This document shows positions 36,857 to 46,522 of a DNA stretch of 64,000 nt, piece by piece. Both the position numbers and the translations under genes were made by a program. Each line of letters begins with the position of its first letter. Within the stretch, counting starts at the first letter, position 1. Source of the stretch: Polyangiaceae bacterium (GTDB lineage: Bacteria > Myxococcota_A > Polyangia > Polyangiales > Polyangiaceae). The stretch lies in assembly GCA_046351455.1 (NCBI GenBank), contig JAXLYM010000003.1:280364-344363 (forward strand), read 5' to 3'. The notes under the pieces were generated by a model. The model saw only the letters and a program-made list of their open reading frames with translations. It did no database searches and had not been told where the DNA came from.

Positions 36857-37268
36857 GAAGAAGACCGACGCGCCGAAAGCCGGTGAAGACGAAGGCGGAG
36901 GCGCGGACGACAAGACGCTCCAGGCCGCGGTGAAGACCGTCGCGGCGACGGCCGGCGTGGTGACGGTGGTCGCGATGATCGCGGCGGGCCTGCGTTTCGG
37001 CCTCGGCGTGGCCGCGGGCGGCGCGATCGCGGTCGCGAACCTCATCGTGCTCGCGCGCGTCGTGCAGGCCTTCCTGACGAAGAAGGGCAACACCGCGCCG
37101 TGGGCGATCATCGCGGTGCTGAAGCTCGTGCTGCTCCTCGGCGGCGTGTGGATGATCCTGAAGAGCGAGGTCGTCTCGGGCCTGCCGCTCGTGATCGGCT
37201 ACATGTCCTTGCCGGTCGGCGCGGTGGTGGCGTCGCTGTTCGGCCCGAAGCCGCCGGAAGACGGCTGA
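36849..37268 (+). CDS. Four-TM small membrane protein (ATP synthase protein I-like)
   Basis: Overlaps the upstream gene by 8 nt. The hydrophobic hairpins are GVVTVVAMIAAGLRFGLGVAAGGAIAVANLIVLA and WAIIAVLKLVLLLGGVWMIL...LPLVIGYMSLPVGAVVASLF. Confidence 0.5.
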   Translation: MSEKKTDAPKAGEDEGGGADDKTLQAAVKTVAATAGVVTVVAMIAAGLRFGLGVAAGGAIAVANLIVLARVVQAFLTKKGNTAPWAIIAVLKLVLLLGGVWMILKSEVVSGLPLVIGYMSLPVGAVVASLFGPKPPEDG

Positions 37269-37384
37269 TTTCGAACACCGGAGTCGCCGGCTCGGGGGGC
37301 CGCTCCGGCGAATCCACGCGTCATTCGCTCTCTCGGGTTGTGATAGCCTGACGGCGAATCGCATCGGTTGGGCGGACGCCGCGC

Positions 37385-39604
37385 ATGTCCCTGTTGCAGA
37401 CGACCCGATATCGCTTCCACGTGCTCCGCGAGGATCGCGGCACGGCGATGTGGGTGCTCGGGATCGCGGCCGTGGCGTGCGCCTTCTACGCGCGGAACGA
37501 CCTTGTCCTCTTCCGCGGCTCGCCCCTCCTCGCGCCCCTCTTCCTGACGCGCGCCACGATCGTGACCGTGTGTGTCGCGGCCTTGCTGACCGTGCGCCGC
37601 GCCAAGAGCCCGCAGCGGTTCGACGCCGCGATGGCCGCCGCGACGCTGAGCCTCGCCGCGGGCACGCTGGTGATCGGCTACACGCGCAACCTCCACGGCG
37701 AGCACCTCGGCCAGATCGTCACCAACACGCTCCTCGTCACGACGGCGTATTTCCTCCTCCGCGGCGCGCTCTGGTACCGCATCGCGACGGCGCTCGTCGT
37801 GTCCTCGGCGACGGTCCTCGCCGTGTGGGCGCCGGCCGCGCAGACAGGCACCGTGACGCGCGGCTCCATCGTCATCGGCGTGCTCGCGCTGAACGCCCTC
37901 GGGATCACGCTCGCGCGCACCCACGAGTCGGAGCGCCGCCGCCGCTACGAGGCCGAGCGAAAGGCCACGGTCGCCATTCACCGGCTCGCCGAGGAGAAAG
38001 AGAACGCCCTCGCCCTCTCGCGCACGAGGACCGCCTTCCTGACGGCGATGAGCCACGAATTCCGCACGCCGATGAACGCGGTGATCGGCCTGTCGGAGAT
38101 CCTCGCCGCCGGCCACCTGGACCCGGAGCAGAAGGAGCACGCCCGCGCGATCCGCGACAGCGCGAAAGGCCTCCTCGCGCTCCTCAACGACATCCTCGAT
38201 TTCGCGAAGATCGACGCCGAGCGACTGACCCTCTCGCCGTCCCCGTTCGAGATCCGGAGGCTCACGACGTCGGTGTTCGCGATGATGCGCACGTCGATCC
38301 AGGACAAGCCCATTTCGCTGGATCTCCAGATCGGCGCGGACGTCCCGGACATCCTGCTCTCGGGCGACGAGCCGCGCCTGCGGCAGGTGCTGGTCAATCT
38401 GCTGTCCAACGCCATCAAGTTCACCGAGCGGGGCCGCATCTCGTTGGAGGTGACGTCGCGCCCCAGGACGGGCGGCGCGCACGAGGTGACGTTCCGCGTG
38501 ACCGACACCGGAATCGGCATCTCCGAGGAGGCCCGAAGTCGCCTGTTCCGCCCCTTCGAGCAGGCCGATCAGGGCATCGAGCGAAGGTTCGGCGGCACGG
38601 GCCTGGGGCTCGCGATCTCGAAGCGCATCGTCGAGGCGATGGGCGGCGAAATCGAGGTGAAGAGCGAGGTCGGGAGGGGCTCCGAATTCGGCTTCACGGT
38701 GCGCTTCCCGGCCGCGACGGGGGCGGCGCAGCTCTCGGGCACGTGGACGCGCGGCGGCATCCCGGCGCCGAAGATGGATATCCTCCTCGTCGACGATCAC
38801 GCGGTGAACCGGCAAGTCGCGCAGGCGGCGTTGCGTCGATTGGGCCAGACTCCCGATCTCGCCGCGGACGGAGCGGAGGCGATCAAGGCGGCCGAGGCGA
38901 AGCGCTACGACCTCATCTTCATGGACCTCCAGATGCCGAAGCTCGGCGGGATCGAGGCCGCGCGGAGGATCCTGGAGTCGCCGGAGAGCGGCAGTCCGCA
39001 CATCGTGGCGATGACCGCGAGCGTGATGGAGACGGACCGCGCCGCGTGCCTTTCCGCCGGGATGCGCGGCTTCCTCGGAAAGCCGATCGAGATGGGCGAG
39101 CTGGCCCAGACGTTGACGCGGGTCGCCGCCGAGCGAGGCGGCCCCGGGGCCTTGTTGGGACTCGCGACCTCCGTCCCCTCGTCCCCGGCAGAGCCGCACG
39201 CGGAGGAGATGGCCATTCTGGACAAGAAGCCCCTCGGCACGCTGCGGGCGCTCTCCGCGGAGGTGGAGCCGGGCTTCGTGGCCTCCGTTTGCCGCGAATT
39301 CTTGCGCGACGCCGCCGAACGCCTGAACGACGCACAATCCGCATTCGAACGGTCCGATCTGGACCGGATCCGCGCCGAGGCCCACACCCTCCGAGGCGGC
39401 GCGGCCACCGTCGGCGCGACGGCCTTCCACGATCTCCTGGGCCGCCTGGAGACGCTGGCCCGCTCGGGAAAAGAGGCCTCCCCGGCCGAAACGACGCGCC
39501 TCCTCGCGGAGGTGGAGCCGCTCCTCGCCGAGGCCCGCCGCGAGCTCGCCCGCGTCGAGCGCGCGCTCCTGGCCGAGATGGCCGGCGCCGAACAGGGCCG
39601 CTGA
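37385..39604 (+). CDS. Hybrid sensor histidine kinase (TM sensor, HisKA, HATPase_c, REC, HPt)
   Basis: H-box LTAMSHEFRTPMN. ATPase motifs are TDTGIGI and GGTGLGLAISK. The receiver domain is ILLVDDHAVNRQ...DLIFMDLQMP. The C-terminal HPt is AHTLRGGAATVGA. Confidence 0.85.
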   Translation: MSLLQTTRYRFHVLREDRGTAMWVLGIAAVACAFYARNDLVLFRGSPLLAPLFLTRATIVTVCVAALLTVRRAKSPQRFDAAMAAATLSLAAGTLVIGYTRNLHGEHLGQIVTNTLLVTTAYFLLRGALWYRIATALVVSSATVLAVWAPAAQTGTVTRGSIVIGVLALNALGITLARTHESERRRRYEAERKATVAIHRLAEEKENALALSRTRTAFLTAMSHEFRTPMNAVIGLSEILAAGHLDPEQKEHARAIRDSAKGLLALLNDILDFAKIDAERLTLSPSPFEIRRLTTSVFAMMRTSIQDKPISLDLQIGADVPDILLSGDEPRLRQVLVNLLSNAIKFTERGRISLEVTSRPRTGGAHEVTFRVTDTGIGISEEARSRLFRPFEQADQGIERRFGGTGLGLAISKRIVEAMGGEIEVKSEVGRGSEFGFTVRFPAATGAAQLSGTWTRGGIPAPKMDILLVDDHAVNRQVAQAALRRLGQTPDLAADGAEAIKAAEAKRYDLIFMDLQMPKLGGIEAARRILESPESGSPHIVAMTASVMETDRAACLSAGMRGFLGKPIEMGELAQTLTRVAAERGGPGALLGLATSVPSSPAEPHAEEMAILDKKPLGTLRALSAEVEPGFVASVCREFLRDAAERLNDAQSAFERSDLDRIRAEAHTLRGGAATVGATAFHDLLGRLETLARSGKEASPAETTRLLAEVEPLLAEARRELARVERALLAEMAGAEQGR

Positions 39605-39678
39605 GCCGCCGCGATCCGGCGATTTCGCGCAGTTGTCGCGCGCGCGAGCGGAATCCGGAAGGGTTACCCTGCCGGCGA

Positions 39679-41409
39679 ATGCCCTCCGACAAGCCGAAAC
39701 GGATCCTTTACCACGGGCCCACTGCCCGCTCGTTCGAAGGCCTGGCGCGCTCGGTCGCCGCGGCCACGTCCGGCGCGCCCTTCGATGGAGAGGCCGAGAT
39801 CACGGTCACCCACGACGGACAGGCCTGCACGCTCGTGAACCGCCCGGGCCGGGAGGCGCTCGTCGAGGACCTGCGCACGAGCTACGTGAACCTGCTCGTC
39901 CTCGACACGCGGTGCGACAACGAAGCGGCCCCCGGCGAGCACGCGCTCGAGATCCTGGACGCGCTCGACAAGGTGCTCGACGTCGAGGATCGCTACGGCT
40001 TCCACCGCATCCTCGTGCTCGTCGGCGGCGGCCTCGGGGAGCCGACCGACGACCTCATCCTGAAGCTCGGCGCGCGCGGCGTGGGGCGCGTGCTGCGCCA
40101 CCCGGAGTGCCACGGGCCGGAGACGGTGGACCCCGCGTTCGGCAAGAAATTCTTGCAGGAGGCGCGGATCGCGCTCGGCGATCGCAAGCCGGGCAAGCGG
40201 GCCATCTGCGCGGCCGGCGGCGGCATCACCGGCATCTTCTTCGAGCTCGGCGTGCTCAAGTGTCTGGATGACTGTCTCGACTCGGGCGGAGTCAACGACT
40301 TCGACATGTATTTCGGCATCAGCGCCGGCGCCGTCGTGACAGGCCCTCTCGCGGTCGGCTATTCGGTCGACGAGTTCATGGCCGCCGTCGCGGGCGTGGA
40401 GGGCGGGCGCATCGGGCCCCTGGATCTGCGGCTGTTCCAGCTCGGTCACGTGGACTTTCCGGGGTTCGCGCGGCGGTGGGGCGCGGCGGCTCGCTCGATG
40501 TGGGGCGGCTTCACGCGGCGGCTCCGGCGCGGAGAGGACCTGTCGCGCGAACAGCTCCTCTTCGACTACGTGGACCTCGTCGCGCCCCCGTTCCGCGCCG
40601 ACCGATTCGAGGAGACGCTCCACCGCATCCTCTCGGCGAAGGGCGCGACCAACGACTTCCGCGATCTGGATCGCCCGCTCTTCGTGGGCGCGACGGATCA
40701 GGACGAGCGGCGTCATGTGCTGTTCGGGGACGAGGAGCACAGGCACGTCCCGATCAGCCGCGCCATCCAGGCTTCGCTGAGCATCAACCCGGCCTTCTCG
40801 GCGACTCCCATCCTCGGGCGGTACTACGAAGACGGGGCCGTCACGCGCACCAGCAACTTCGTGGAGGCCATGCGCCGCGGCGCGACGTTGATCTTCGTCG
40901 TGGACCCGTTCCTGCCGTACGTCGCGCGGACTCCGGGGTTCAACGACCGGCGCGGCGCGCTCTACAACATGGATCAGGACGTGCGGACGATCTCGTACAC
41001 GCGCTACGAGACGACGCGAAACTGGGTGTTACGCAAGCACCCGCACGTGTCGAGCTACACCTTCGTGCCGGCCAATCGCCAGCGCCGCCTCATCTCCCAG
41101 AATCCGATGGATCACCGCCCGTACCTGGAGATCTGGCGCGGAGCGTACCTGTCGACCCTGAAGCGCCTCACGCACGTGTCGCACCGCCTCGAAGGCGACC
41201 TGCGCGTACACGGCTTCGGCGTGGATCTGTCGCGGGCGCAGGCCGTCGCCGAGCAGCTCGAAGCGGCGCACAGCCTGTCGTTCGAGGACTTCTTCCCGGA
41301 CCGCCGCGCGCGCCTCAAGACTCCCCCGCTCGTGGGGCAGCGGCGCCTCCCCGGCGCGCCGAACCCCCTCATCGCCGCGAAGACCGAGATAGAAGCTCTC
41401 GCGCGGTGA
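39679..41409 (+). CDS. Patatin-like phospholipase with a roughly 190-aa N-terminal domain
   Basis: Internal Met start (MPSDKPKRILYHG) of tracked ORF 37450..41409. The oxyanion motif is CAAGGGITGIFFELG. The nucleophile elbow is GISAGA (GxSxG). Confidence 0.85.
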   Translation: MPSDKPKRILYHGPTARSFEGLARSVAAATSGAPFDGEAEITVTHDGQACTLVNRPGREALVEDLRTSYVNLLVLDTRCDNEAAPGEHALEILDALDKVLDVEDRYGFHRILVLVGGGLGEPTDDLILKLGARGVGRVLRHPECHGPETVDPAFGKKFLQEARIALGDRKPGKRAICAAGGGITGIFFELGVLKCLDDCLDSGGVNDFDMYFGISAGAVVTGPLAVGYSVDEFMAAVAGVEGGRIGPLDLRLFQLGHVDFPGFARRWGAAARSMWGGFTRRLRRGEDLSREQLLFDYVDLVAPPFRADRFEETLHRILSAKGATNDFRDLDRPLFVGATDQDERRHVLFGDEEHRHVPISRAIQASLSINPAFSATPILGRYYEDGAVTRTSNFVEAMRRGATLIFVVDPFLPYVARTPGFNDRRGALYNMDQDVRTISYTRYETTRNWVLRKHPHVSSYTFVPANRQRRLISQNPMDHRPYLEIWRGAYLSTLKRLTHVSHRLEGDLRVHGFGVDLSRAQAVAEQLEAAHSLSFEDFFPDRRARLKTPPLVGQRRLPGAPNPLIAAKTEIEALAR

Positions 41410-42643
41410 TGAGCTGTTTGCGCCACTGACCGTACATGGCCCCTGCGGACTCCAGCCGGGCCATCTCCAGGGCCGAAGTCTCGTCGATCTCCGCGGGCGC
41501 GCGGCCCTGGAGCGGCGTCCCCGGGAGAGGCATGAACGCGTGGCTGTGGAGGCGCGCCCCCATCGAAGCGAGCCGCCGCGACAGCTCCATGGACTGGGCC
41601 CGATCCTCGTCCGTCTCGCCCGGCAGCCCCACGAGCAAGTCCACGTCGGGCCGAAACCCGGCCTCCACGCAATACCGCACCGCGCGCTCGATGGCCGCGA
41701 CGTCGTGCCCCCGCCGCGTGAGCGCGAGCATGCGCTCCGAGCCGGACTGACCGCCGATCACGAGGCTGCGATTGTCGGCGTACCGGGCGATGATCGCGAG
41801 CGCCTCGGGACTGACATGCTCCGGCCGGACCTCGGAGGGAAAGGTGCCGAAATAGAGCTTCCGGTCGCCGGTCAGGGCCTCTCGGACGGCCGCGAGGAGC
41901 GCCTCCACCGCGTCCAGTCGAACCTCGGTGTCGGGCGAGCCGTAGGACAGCGACGTGGGCGAGATGAAGCGCACGTACCGGGCCTCGTCGCGGCGCAGCG
42001 CCGTCACGTGCTCGCGGACGTTCTCCACGCTGCGGTGGCGGAAGCGCGCCTTGAAGACGTACGGAGTCTGGCAGAACGAACAGGCATAGACGCAGCCGCG
42101 CGTGATCTCGATGGGGTTCCACCGGCCGTGGCGCAGATTGCAAGCGGGGTAGTCGTCGAGCGGGCGCCGCTCCCCGGGTCCCGAGGAGACGAAACTGCCA
42201 CTCTCGAAGTGGGCAGTCCCGCGGAGACCGCGCGGATCCCGGCCTTCCAGGAGCGCCAGGAACATCTCGACGATCGTCGTCTCTCCCTCGCCGAGGGCCA
42301 CGAGATCGAAGCCGGCGGAGAGGGTCTGTCGCGGCTCCGCCGTGGCGTGGACGCCGCCCGCGACGTGGAGCGCCGAGCCCGGGCAATTCTCCCGGATCCA
42401 CGCGAGATCGGCCACGGAAGCACCGAAGTCCGGCGAATAGAACGACCACGCCACCACCGGAGAGCGCCCTTCGCCTGCGACAATCTGGATCGCGCGGGCC
42501 GTCTCTTCGCGATTCGCGGCGAACACCACCGGGATGTCCCGCGTGCGAGGGTGGGAGTCGAGGGCGGCGCTGATCACGTTGAGCGCGGTGATCCCCGACC
42601 GGACATGGTGCAGAATCAGGGTGGGGTCGCGCGGGGTCGACAT
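41369..42643 (-). CDS. B12-binding-domain radical SAM protein
   Basis: Internal Met start (MSTPRDPTLILHHV) of tracked ORF 41369..43645. It has an N-terminal B12-binding-like fold, the CVYACSFCQ (Cx3Cx2C) cluster motif, and GGQSGSERML. Confidence 0.8.
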   Translation of the reverse strand: MSTPRDPTLILHHVRSGITALNVISAALDSHPRTRDIPVVFAANREETARAIQIVAGEGRSPVVAWSFYSPDFGASVADLAWIRENCPGSALHVAGGVHATAEPRQTLSAGFDLVALGEGETTIVEMFLALLEGRDPRGLRGTAHFESGSFVSSGPGERRPLDDYPACNLRHGRWNPIEITRGCVYACSFCQTPYVFKARFRHRSVENVREHVTALRRDEARYVRFISPTSLSYGSPDTEVRLDAVEALLAAVREALTGDRKLYFGTFPSEVRPEHVSPEALAIIARYADNRSLVIGGQSGSERMLALTRRGHDVAAIERAVRYCVEAGFRPDVDLLVGLPGETDEDRAQSMELSRRLASMGARLHSHAFMPLPGTPLQGRAPAEIDETSALEMARLESAGAMYGQWRKQLITARELLSRSSRR

Positions 42644-42820
42644 GGGGCGAAACGCCCGCGGATGGTGCCGCGAACCGGGCCGATTGAAAAGAGAAGTCTC
42701 GTGCGTCGCGCATCGCCTGCGCCGAGTCGCCGCGTCGTCGGGCGGCGATCGCCGTTCTCTGCGGGGTTTTGGGGCGGGAGAGGTCTTGTTTCGTGGCGCG
42801 GCTCTTGCGATACGGATCGT

Positions 42821-43336
42821 ATGAGCCAAGAGCGTCTCGCCAGCCTCGCCATCCTCGCCTGCGTCGCCCGCGCCGAAGGGAAGGTGCGGCCGACCGAGCG
42901 CCTCGCGCTGGAGGCCCTCGCCCAGAGCCAGCGCGACTTCTCCCTGCAAAAGGCCCTTCACGAGACGGCGGATCTGGAGGCGCTGCTGCCCCTCGTCGTG
43001 AGCCCGGAGCTCAGGCACCGCACGCTCGTCGAGGCGATCGCGCTCGCGAACATCGACGGCCGCTGCTCCCCAGAAGAGCTCACGATCCTGACGAAGATCC
43101 GCGACGCGTTCGGCGCCTCCACGGAGATCGACCTCATCGCCGACTCCGACGTGTGGAAGCGCAAGACGGAGCGCATCCGCAAGGCGCTCCAGGCGGCGAC
43201 GGCGGCCTACCTCCACAAGGTGCATGACGACGCCGAGCACGTGCAGCTCTCGATGGACCGCTACGAGCACCTCGTCGCCGAGCTGACGCGCACCAAGCTG
43301 GAGATCGAGCGCGCCTTCCGCGACGCGATGGAATGA
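42821..43336 (+). CDS. TerB-like domain protein (171 aa)
   Basis: Internal Met start (MSQERLASLAILACVARAEGKVRPTERLAL) of tracked ORF 41540..43336. The LAxLAxxAxADGKVxxxE pattern is typical of the TerB / DjlA N-terminal family. Confidence 0.55.
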   Translation: MSQERLASLAILACVARAEGKVRPTERLALEALAQSQRDFSLQKALHETADLEALLPLVVSPELRHRTLVEAIALANIDGRCSPEELTILTKIRDAFGASTEIDLIADSDVWKRKTERIRKALQAATAAYLHKVHDDAEHVQLSMDRYEHLVAELTRTKLEIERAFRDAME

Positions 43337-43338
43337 GG

Positions 43339-43788
43339 TCAGTCGCCGCGGATTCGGTCCAGAAGGGCCCGAAGCACCGCGATATCCATCACCAGAGCGG
43401 CATTGTCTCGGCGCCACTCGGGCGTATCGACGACGAGCGACTCCAGATCTCGAAACAAGGCACCTCGCCCCGGGACGCGCGCCCGCACGGAGGCCGCGAG
43501 CCTCTTCGCGCGCGCGAGCCGCGCCTCCGCCTCGGGAAAGGAAGCCTCCCCGGCCTCCACGGCGAGGAGCGGCGCGCACCGGAACGTCGCGCAGGCGCGC
43601 GGGCGATCCGCGTAGATCGAGCACGTTCCGTCGTGGGCGGGGCACGGCTGAGGGATCTTCGCGCGGCCCGTTTCCCGCACGATCGGCAGCCTCTTCGCCT
43701 CGATGCGCGGAGTCTCTTCCGGCAGGACTTCGATGCTGGCGAACAGCTCTCCGGTGCAGCAGAGACCGCAGCTCGCGCAGAGGCTCAC
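43339..43788 (-). CDS. YkgJ-family cysteine-cluster protein (CxxCxxCC Zn/Fe-binding)
   Basis: The motif is CASCGLCCTG...CPAHDG.CSIY...C..FRC. Confidence 0.7.
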   Translation of the reverse strand: MSLCASCGLCCTGELFASIEVLPEETPRIEAKRLPIVRETGRAKIPQPCPAHDGTCSIYADRPRACATFRCAPLLAVEAGEASFPEAEARLARAKRLAASVRARVPGRGALFRDLESLVVDTPEWRRDNAALVMDIAVLRALLDRIRGD

Positions 43789-43861
43789 GGGGCGGACGCT
43801 ACCTCAGCGCACGTCGCGGGTCCATCCGTCGGCGCTTCGCGAGAGCGCGCCCGCGCCGCGG

Positions 43862-46075
43862 GTGGAACGGGAAAAAGCGCTGGACGCAAGGGCGCCGGCC
43901 GGACTAGAGATCGACGTCAAAGTGCAGACGCTCGCAGGCAGGATTTCACACGCCGAAGGGCTCTCGGCGGCGGACGCGGTGGGCTGGGTCATCCGGCTCG
44001 CCAAGACGCTGGAGCCCATCCACGATCTCGGCGTCGCGCACGGGTGCGTGAGCGCGGACGCCGTCCAGATCGACGGCGCGTCCCCCAGCTCCGTGGGCCA
44101 CATCCTCACTCCCCGTCACCTGCACGATCAGCCCGCGTACCACTCCCCCGAGCGCGCCGGCGGCGAAGGCACCTCCCCCGAGGACGACACGTGGGCCGCG
44201 GCCGTCACCCTCTACCACGTGCTGACGAAGCGCTTCCCCTTCCCCGGGGACGACGACGACGCGGTGGAGCAGCTCATCCGCACGACGCACCCCGCCCCGC
44301 TCCGCAGCTTCGGAATCCACGACGACGGCCTGCAAAAGCTTCTCGACGCGGCCTTCGCGCGGGATCTGACGCACCGTCTCGTGTCGATGTCCGCCTTCCG
44401 GGAAGCGCTGGAAGATTGGCATTTCGATCCCGACGTGAAGGACCTCTCGGCCCTCTGGCACGAGGGCAGCCTGCTGCTCGCGCTGCGCCCCGCGCCGACG
44501 CGCGGCCACGCCGGCTCCGCGGTGAGGACTGGCCAGGTGCCGGTGGTGCAGGCGTTCGCGCCCCCCGCGCCGCCCGTCCAGCCGAAGGGCCCCGTCCCGG
44601 TGATTCACCAGGACGACGACGATGATTACGAAGGTCCGACGCGCGTCCGCGACACGTCGCAGCTCCTCGCGCAGCTCGCGGCGCTCCGCAATTCCGAGCC
44701 GCCGAGCGAGCGTTCGGCCGCGACGGGCGGCGCGACGGACCCTCCGACAACCCCTGTAGTCTCCCAGCATCCTACCGCGAGCGCCCGACCGACGCCGGTG
44801 GTGGAGCCGCCGTCGGAGGCGGAGGGCGCGACGAGCCCGCCGCTCGAAGGCCCCGCGCTGCCGCTCGGCGTGCTGGAGACGGGGCACGTCATCCCGTTCG
44901 ATCGGGAGAGCAACCCGCGCATCGGCGTCGCCGCGGCGGACATGGCCGCGCAGGCCCGTTATCTGGAGCCCAACCCGGACGCGCCGATCCTCCCGTTCGA
45001 CCGCGAGAGCGCCCCGCCGAAGAGCGCGCGCCCCGTCGAAAAGCGCGAGTATCCGAGCCCGCCGAGAGACTCGGCCCCTCCGGAGGGGCCGAATCGCGCG
45101 GGCCCGTCGGTGCCACCGGCCGGCCGCAGAGAAGAGACGGCCGCTTCGCCGAACGCGCCCGCCCCCGTGGTGGCCACGGCGGAGGCGAGGGCGCCGGCCT
45201 CGTCGGGCCCGCCGGTCAAGCTGCTCGCCGGGCTCTTGTTGCTCGGCGCGGCGGCGGCGACGGCGTTCTTCCTGTCGCGATCCAGCACCGGATCGGGCTC
45301 CGGCGTCGACGCGGGCCCGACGAGCACGACGCACGCGGGGCCGCAGCCGACGACGACGGTCGCGACGACTGCCACGCTCCCGGCCACGGCGACTGCCACG
45401 CTCCCGGCGACTGGCACGGTGGCGGCGACTGCCATGGTGACGGCGACTGCCACGGTCGCGCCGACCGCGACCGCCACCGTCGCGCCGTCCGCGACTGCCA
45501 CCGTCGCGGCGACTGCCACGGTCGCGGCGACGGCTTCGGCGGCCCCGACGACGACGGGGGAGGCTTCGGCGAGCGGCGCGGCCGCGTGCATGATGCCGCT
45601 CTTCCCGGCCGGCACGTTCGCGAGCCCGCCCACCGCGTTCGACGGGATCTGTCAGATGACGGACCCGCGCGAAGCGGTGAAGATGATCAAGATGCAGGTC
45701 ATCCTCCAGGGCGCCGGGCGCGCGCTCTCCGACGGCATGAAGGAGTGGGCGATCATCGGCTGGTACGGCATGCCCGCGGCCGCCGCGATGCGCGCGATCT
45801 GCTGCCCCGGCGCGGCGGAGATGCACATCACGTACAAGGTCCCTGCCTGTGACATGGAGGGCGCCGTGAAGAAGCTCCTGACGGCCTCCATCAACCCGAA
45901 GGCGGAAGACTCGGAGATCACCGACGCGCTGAAGGAATACTCGAAGACGGTGGGCTGCGCCGCGGACTCCGGGGGTGCCGTGGCCTTCAGTCAGAAGGGC
46001 GGCATCGTGGAGGGCGAGCTGGTCACGTACCAGAAGACGCTCGCCCGCATCCGCGCGGCCGTGAAGGCCAAATAG
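43862..46075 (+). CDS. Membrane-anchored protein with a degenerate (pseudo)kinase C-lobe and a Thr/Ala low-complexity linker
   Basis: Tracked ORF 43703..46075. A start at M 43703 would overlap the divergent YkgJ gene by 86 nt, so I favour the GTG at 43862. Kinase-like subdomains are IHDLGVAHGCVSADAVQIDG (HRD replaced) and DDTWAAAVTLYHVLTKRFPF. TM helix LLAGLLLLGAAAATAFFL. (ATATV)n tract. The C-terminal domain is Cys-containing. Confidence 0.55.
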   Translation: MEREKALDARAPAGLEIDVKVQTLAGRISHAEGLSAADAVGWVIRLAKTLEPIHDLGVAHGCVSADAVQIDGASPSSVGHILTPRHLHDQPAYHSPERAGGEGTSPEDDTWAAAVTLYHVLTKRFPFPGDDDDAVEQLIRTTHPAPLRSFGIHDDGLQKLLDAAFARDLTHRLVSMSAFREALEDWHFDPDVKDLSALWHEGSLLLALRPAPTRGHAGSAVRTGQVPVVQAFAPPAPPVQPKGPVPVIHQDDDDDYEGPTRVRDTSQLLAQLAALRNSEPPSERSAATGGATDPPTTPVVSQHPTASARPTPVVEPPSEAEGATSPPLEGPALPLGVLETGHVIPFDRESNPRIGVAAADMAAQARYLEPNPDAPILPFDRESAPPKSARPVEKREYPSPPRDSAPPEGPNRAGPSVPPAGRREETAASPNAPAPVVATAEARAPASSGPPVKLLAGLLLLGAAAATAFFLSRSSTGSGSGVDAGPTSTTHAGPQPTTTVATTATLPATATATLPATGTVAATAMVTATATVAPTATATVAPSATATVAATATVAATASAAPTTTGEASASGAAACMMPLFPAGTFASPPTAFDGICQMTDPREAVKMIKMQVILQGAGRALSDGMKEWAIIGWYGMPAAAAMRAICCPGAAEMHITYKVPACDMEGAVKKLLTASINPKAEDSEITDALKEYSKTVGCAADSGGAVAFSQKGGIVEGELVTYQKTLARIRAAVKAK

Positions 46076-46087
46076 GCACTCTCCGCG

Positions 46088-46426
46088 TCAGCCTACGCCG
46101 AGCAGCTCCACGTCGAACACGAGGGCCGAATTCGGCGGGATGAGGCCGTCGCCGACGCCGCGGGGGCCGTAGGCGAGGTGCGACGGGATCGTGAGTCGGC
46201 GCTTGCCGCCCACCTTCATGCCGGCCACTCCCTGGTCCCATCCCTTGATCACGCGGCCGGCGCCGAGCGGGAATTCGAAGGGCTTTCCGCGATCGAGCGA
46301 GGAGTCGAACTTCTTGCCGTTCGCGTGGAGGGTGCCTGTGTAATGCACGCTGACGCGCTTGCCAGGGACGGCCTCGGCCCCGTTGCCCACCACGATGTCC
46401 TCGATCACGAGATCGGTCACGCTCAT
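46088..46426 (-). CDS. FKBP-type peptidyl-prolyl cis-trans isomerase
   Basis: The FKBP motifs are VHYTGTLHANGKKFDSSLDRGKPFEFPLGAGRVIKGWDQGVAGMKVGGKRRLTIPSHLAYG and LVFDVELL. Confidence 0.85.
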   Translation of the reverse strand: MSVTDLVIEDIVVGNGAEAVPGKRVSVHYTGTLHANGKKFDSSLDRGKPFEFPLGAGRVIKGWDQGVAGMKVGGKRRLTIPSHLAYGPRGVGDGLIPPNSALVFDVELLGVG

Positions 46427-46522
46427 TGTCTGACCACCTTTCGCCGCGCATGGGAGTCGCCGCGGGGCCGAGCGTCAAGAGGAACCTTTCCCGCCGCGTG
46501 AACCGGGGCGTAGCATCCGCGC

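Noticed and set aside
35067-41409. ORFs 35067..36551 (-), 36326..37111 (-), 37199..39430 (-), 37450..41409 5' two-thirds, 38919..39692 (-), 39664..40746 (-)
   Set aside because: They are antisense or out of frame to rph, rdgB, the histidine kinase and patatin. The only real part of 37450..41409 is the patatin CDS from 39679.
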